A stretch of 64,000 nucleotides of DNA from the NCBI GenBank assembly GCA_050633305.1, contig JBOEGF010000002.1:89317-153316 (forward strand), given 5' to 3'. Shown piece by piece: positions 62,195-64,000 of this stretch (position 1 is the stretch's first letter; every line of letters begins with the position of its first letter). Below the pieces are notes generated by a model. That model worked only from the letters and a program-made list of their open reading frames with translations. It was not told the origin of the DNA and made no database searches. Position numbers and translations under genes: made by a program. The stretch comes from Nannocystales bacterium. Lineage in GTDB: Bacteria > Myxococcota_A > Polyangia > Nannocystales > Nannocystaceae.

Positions 62195-63793
62195 ATGCGG
62201 CGGGCATACATCTCCCTACTCCTGACGTCGTGTTCTCTCATGGCGGCGGGCTGCGCGGATCCTTGTGCAGACGACGGGTTGCTCCAAGACACGTCCAACG
62301 AGGGCTGTGCAGCAGATGCCAACGCATCCTTGGGCGGGTCGGACACGGACGCCACGGCCTCCGAGAGCGACACGCTCGACACCGACAGCGCCAGCGACAC
62401 CATGGAGTCGGAGTCCGACTCGAACGACACGGACGGCGGCGACGAGTGGTGCACCGATGACGACAACGACGGCTTCGGCGATCCGGACGAGTGCGTCACC
62501 GTACCCGATGGCGAAGAGCCGCCCGATGGCAGCGTCCCCAACCCCGATGACTGCGCCCCCGGCAACCCGAACGCCTTCCCTGGTGCGGCGGAGAACGAGG
62601 ACCCTCCGGGCGACGAAGCCTGCATGGAAGACGAGGACGGCGACGGCTACGGCGATGCAGATCCTCCCGACGGCGTCGACCCGGGTACCGACTGCGACGA
62701 CAGCAACGAACACACCTTCCCCGGAGCGTCCGAAAATGAAGAGCCGCCTCTGAGCGAAGCCTGCACGCAGGACGAGGACGAGGACGGCTACGGCGACAAC
62801 GATCCTCCAGACGGAGGCAACGGCATCACGCCCGGCACCGACTGCGACGACACGACGCCCAACATCACAGACGAGTGCCTCAGCGTCGACGCCGGCACAT
62901 GCGTCACGTACGAATCACCGACCGCAGCCGAGCTCACCGCCATGGCCTCGGGCGGGACAGGCGAGTACACCTACTCATGGTCGCCCGGCGAGACGCTCGA
63001 CGTCGCCGTGGGTGCCACGGTCAACGCCACCCCCTCCAACTACGAGACGTACACGGTCACCGTCGATGATGGCGTCGACCAGGCCGAAGACTCGGTCACC
63101 GTGGTCTCCGCCGATGTCTTCGGCCTCCAGAGCGCATGCGAGCTCGTACAGCTCGACCTGCTCGACGGCGACATCGGTATGCCGGCCTCGATCACCTACC
63201 AACAAGGTGGCGCCCAGGCCTGCGAGGACCTCAACAACGACGCCGGCCTTCACCTGTGCGACGTCGAGTTCGAAGACACCGCGTTCGAGGGTGTACTCCG
63301 GGTCGACAACCTCAGCCCCGACATCAACAACGGCGACAACGACGTCGTCGGCTTCGTCTGGGGGGCTCAAGATGCCTCTCACTTCTATAGTTTCGCGTGG
63401 AAGGCTGAAGACCAGGCCGAAAACCTGGGTGTCGACGTCTGCCCCAACGCCCCCAACTTCCTGTGGCCCGGCGGCATGCTCGTCAAGAAGGTCCAGGCTC
63501 CCTCTGCTGGTGCCCTGACCTCCGAGGACATCTTCTGCGACATCGATACCGCGAACTCCGAGGTCTTGCTCTCGCCCGCCGAGGCAGCACTCGAAGGATG
63601 GGAGTTCGCGGTCGACTACGACGTCAACCTCGAGTTCACCTCCATGGGCTCCAACATCACCGTCGCAGGTCCAGGCGGCCAGATCGCCGACCTCGTGATC
63701 AACGACAACACCTTCCAGAACGGACGCTTCGGCACCCTGACGTTCTCGCAGTCGGGGGCCTGCTCCGGACCCTGGAACGCAACCTGCCTTTAG
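62195..63793 (+). CDS. Lipoprotein with DxDxDG/MopE-like metal-binding repeats, Ig-like domain and thrombospondin C-terminal (TSP_C) domain
   Basis: MAAGC lipobox; DEDGDGYGD...GTDCDD...FPGA.E repeats; ASGGTGEYTYSW; DNDVVGFVWGAQDASHFYSFAWK and DNTFQNGRFGTLTFSQ. Confidence 0.85.
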   Translation: MRRAYISLLLTSCSLMAAGCADPCADDGLLQDTSNEGCAADANASLGGSDTDATASESDTLDTDSASDTMESESDSNDTDGGDEWCTDDDNDGFGDPDECVTVPDGEEPPDGSVPNPDDCAPGNPNAFPGAAENEDPPGDEACMEDEDGDGYGDADPPDGVDPGTDCDDSNEHTFPGASENEEPPLSEACTQDEDEDGYGDNDPPDGGNGITPGTDCDDTTPNITDECLSVDAGTCVTYESPTAAELTAMASGGTGEYTYSWSPGETLDVAVGATVNATPSNYETYTVTVDDGVDQAEDSVTVVSADVFGLQSACELVQLDLLDGDIGMPASITYQQGGAQACEDLNNDAGLHLCDVEFEDTAFEGVLRVDNLSPDINNGDNDVVGFVWGAQDASHFYSFAWKAEDQAENLGVDVCPNAPNFLWPGGMLVKKVQAPSAGALTSEDIFCDIDTANSEVLLSPAEAALEGWEFAVDYDVNLEFTSMGSNITVAGPGGQIADLVINDNTFQNGRFGTLTFSQSGACSGPWNATCL

Positions 63794-63810
63794 GGCCGGG
63801 CTGACTGATG

Positions 63811-63844
63811 AAAGCGGGGCGCCCTTCGGGACGTCCCGCTTTTT
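63811..63844. terminator. Intrinsic terminator, likely bidirectional, between convergent genes
   Basis: AAAGCGGG...TTCG loop...CCCGCTTTTT. Confidence 0.75.
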
Positions 63845-63865
63845 CGTTGGTTGTCGAACGATGGC

Positions 63866-64000
63866 TTACTCGCAGACGGCGGCGTGCACCAACCATCGGT
63901 CCGCCCCGACTCCGTTCGTGTCGCACGCGTCCATCACCACGAAGTCTGAGCGGCCCTCAGCCCCGAGACCGAGCAACGCGAAGCTCAGGTCCTGCCCTTC
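63866..64000 (-). CDS. C-terminal fragment of a gene starting beyond the window
   Basis: Open frame EGQDLSFALLGLGAEGRSDFVVMDACDTNGVGADRWLVHAAVCE* ending just before the terminator. Confidence 0.6.
   Translation of the reverse strand, partial: EGQDLSFALLGLGAEGRSDFVVMDACDTNGVGADRWLVHAAVCE

Noticed and set aside
1..64000. tRNA, rRNA, IS/transposase, integrase, prophage or known anti-phage defence genes
   Set aside because: No recognisable motifs found by eye; small RNAs could be missed without a covariance search.

Overview
High-GC bacterial DNA with about 60 genes. Gene content points to a myxobacterium, most like Nannocystaceae (inference from MYXO-CTERM tails, DUF2330, DUF4215-type Cys repeats, an AgmX/PglI-type TonB_C protein, and many lipoproteins with Ser/Thr/Gly/Asp/Glu linkers). 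I found no rRNA, tRNA, CRISPR array or transposase. About half the genes encode predicted lipoproteins or other envelope proteins. The most striking element is at 25.2-37.9 kb: two divergent, convergently transcribed modules, each pairing an exported di-haem (2x CxxCH) DUF1588-like protein with a Tat-exported DUF1501-family protein. The C-terminal domain of module 1's large protein appears as a separate lipoprotein gene in module 2. Module 1 is preceded by a ~630-nt hairpin-rich non-coding leader, module 2 by an ECF sigma plus a polytopic membrane partner, and an orphan HExxH protein lies between the modules. Other notable items: a pentahaem cytochrome c lipoprotein; an ECF/anti-sigma/beta-barrel/TSP3-lipoprotein module; a Cys-Cys repeat lipoprotein next to a Tat phospholipase C; a TraB-like OmpA protein beside a MYXO-CTERM protein; a thrombospondin C-terminal-domain lipoprotein; a frameshifted lipoprotein gene; an 11-bp x7 intergenic VNTR. 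Domain names come from motif recognition by eye, not database searches. Many start codons were re-chosen relative to the ORF track and are estimates.
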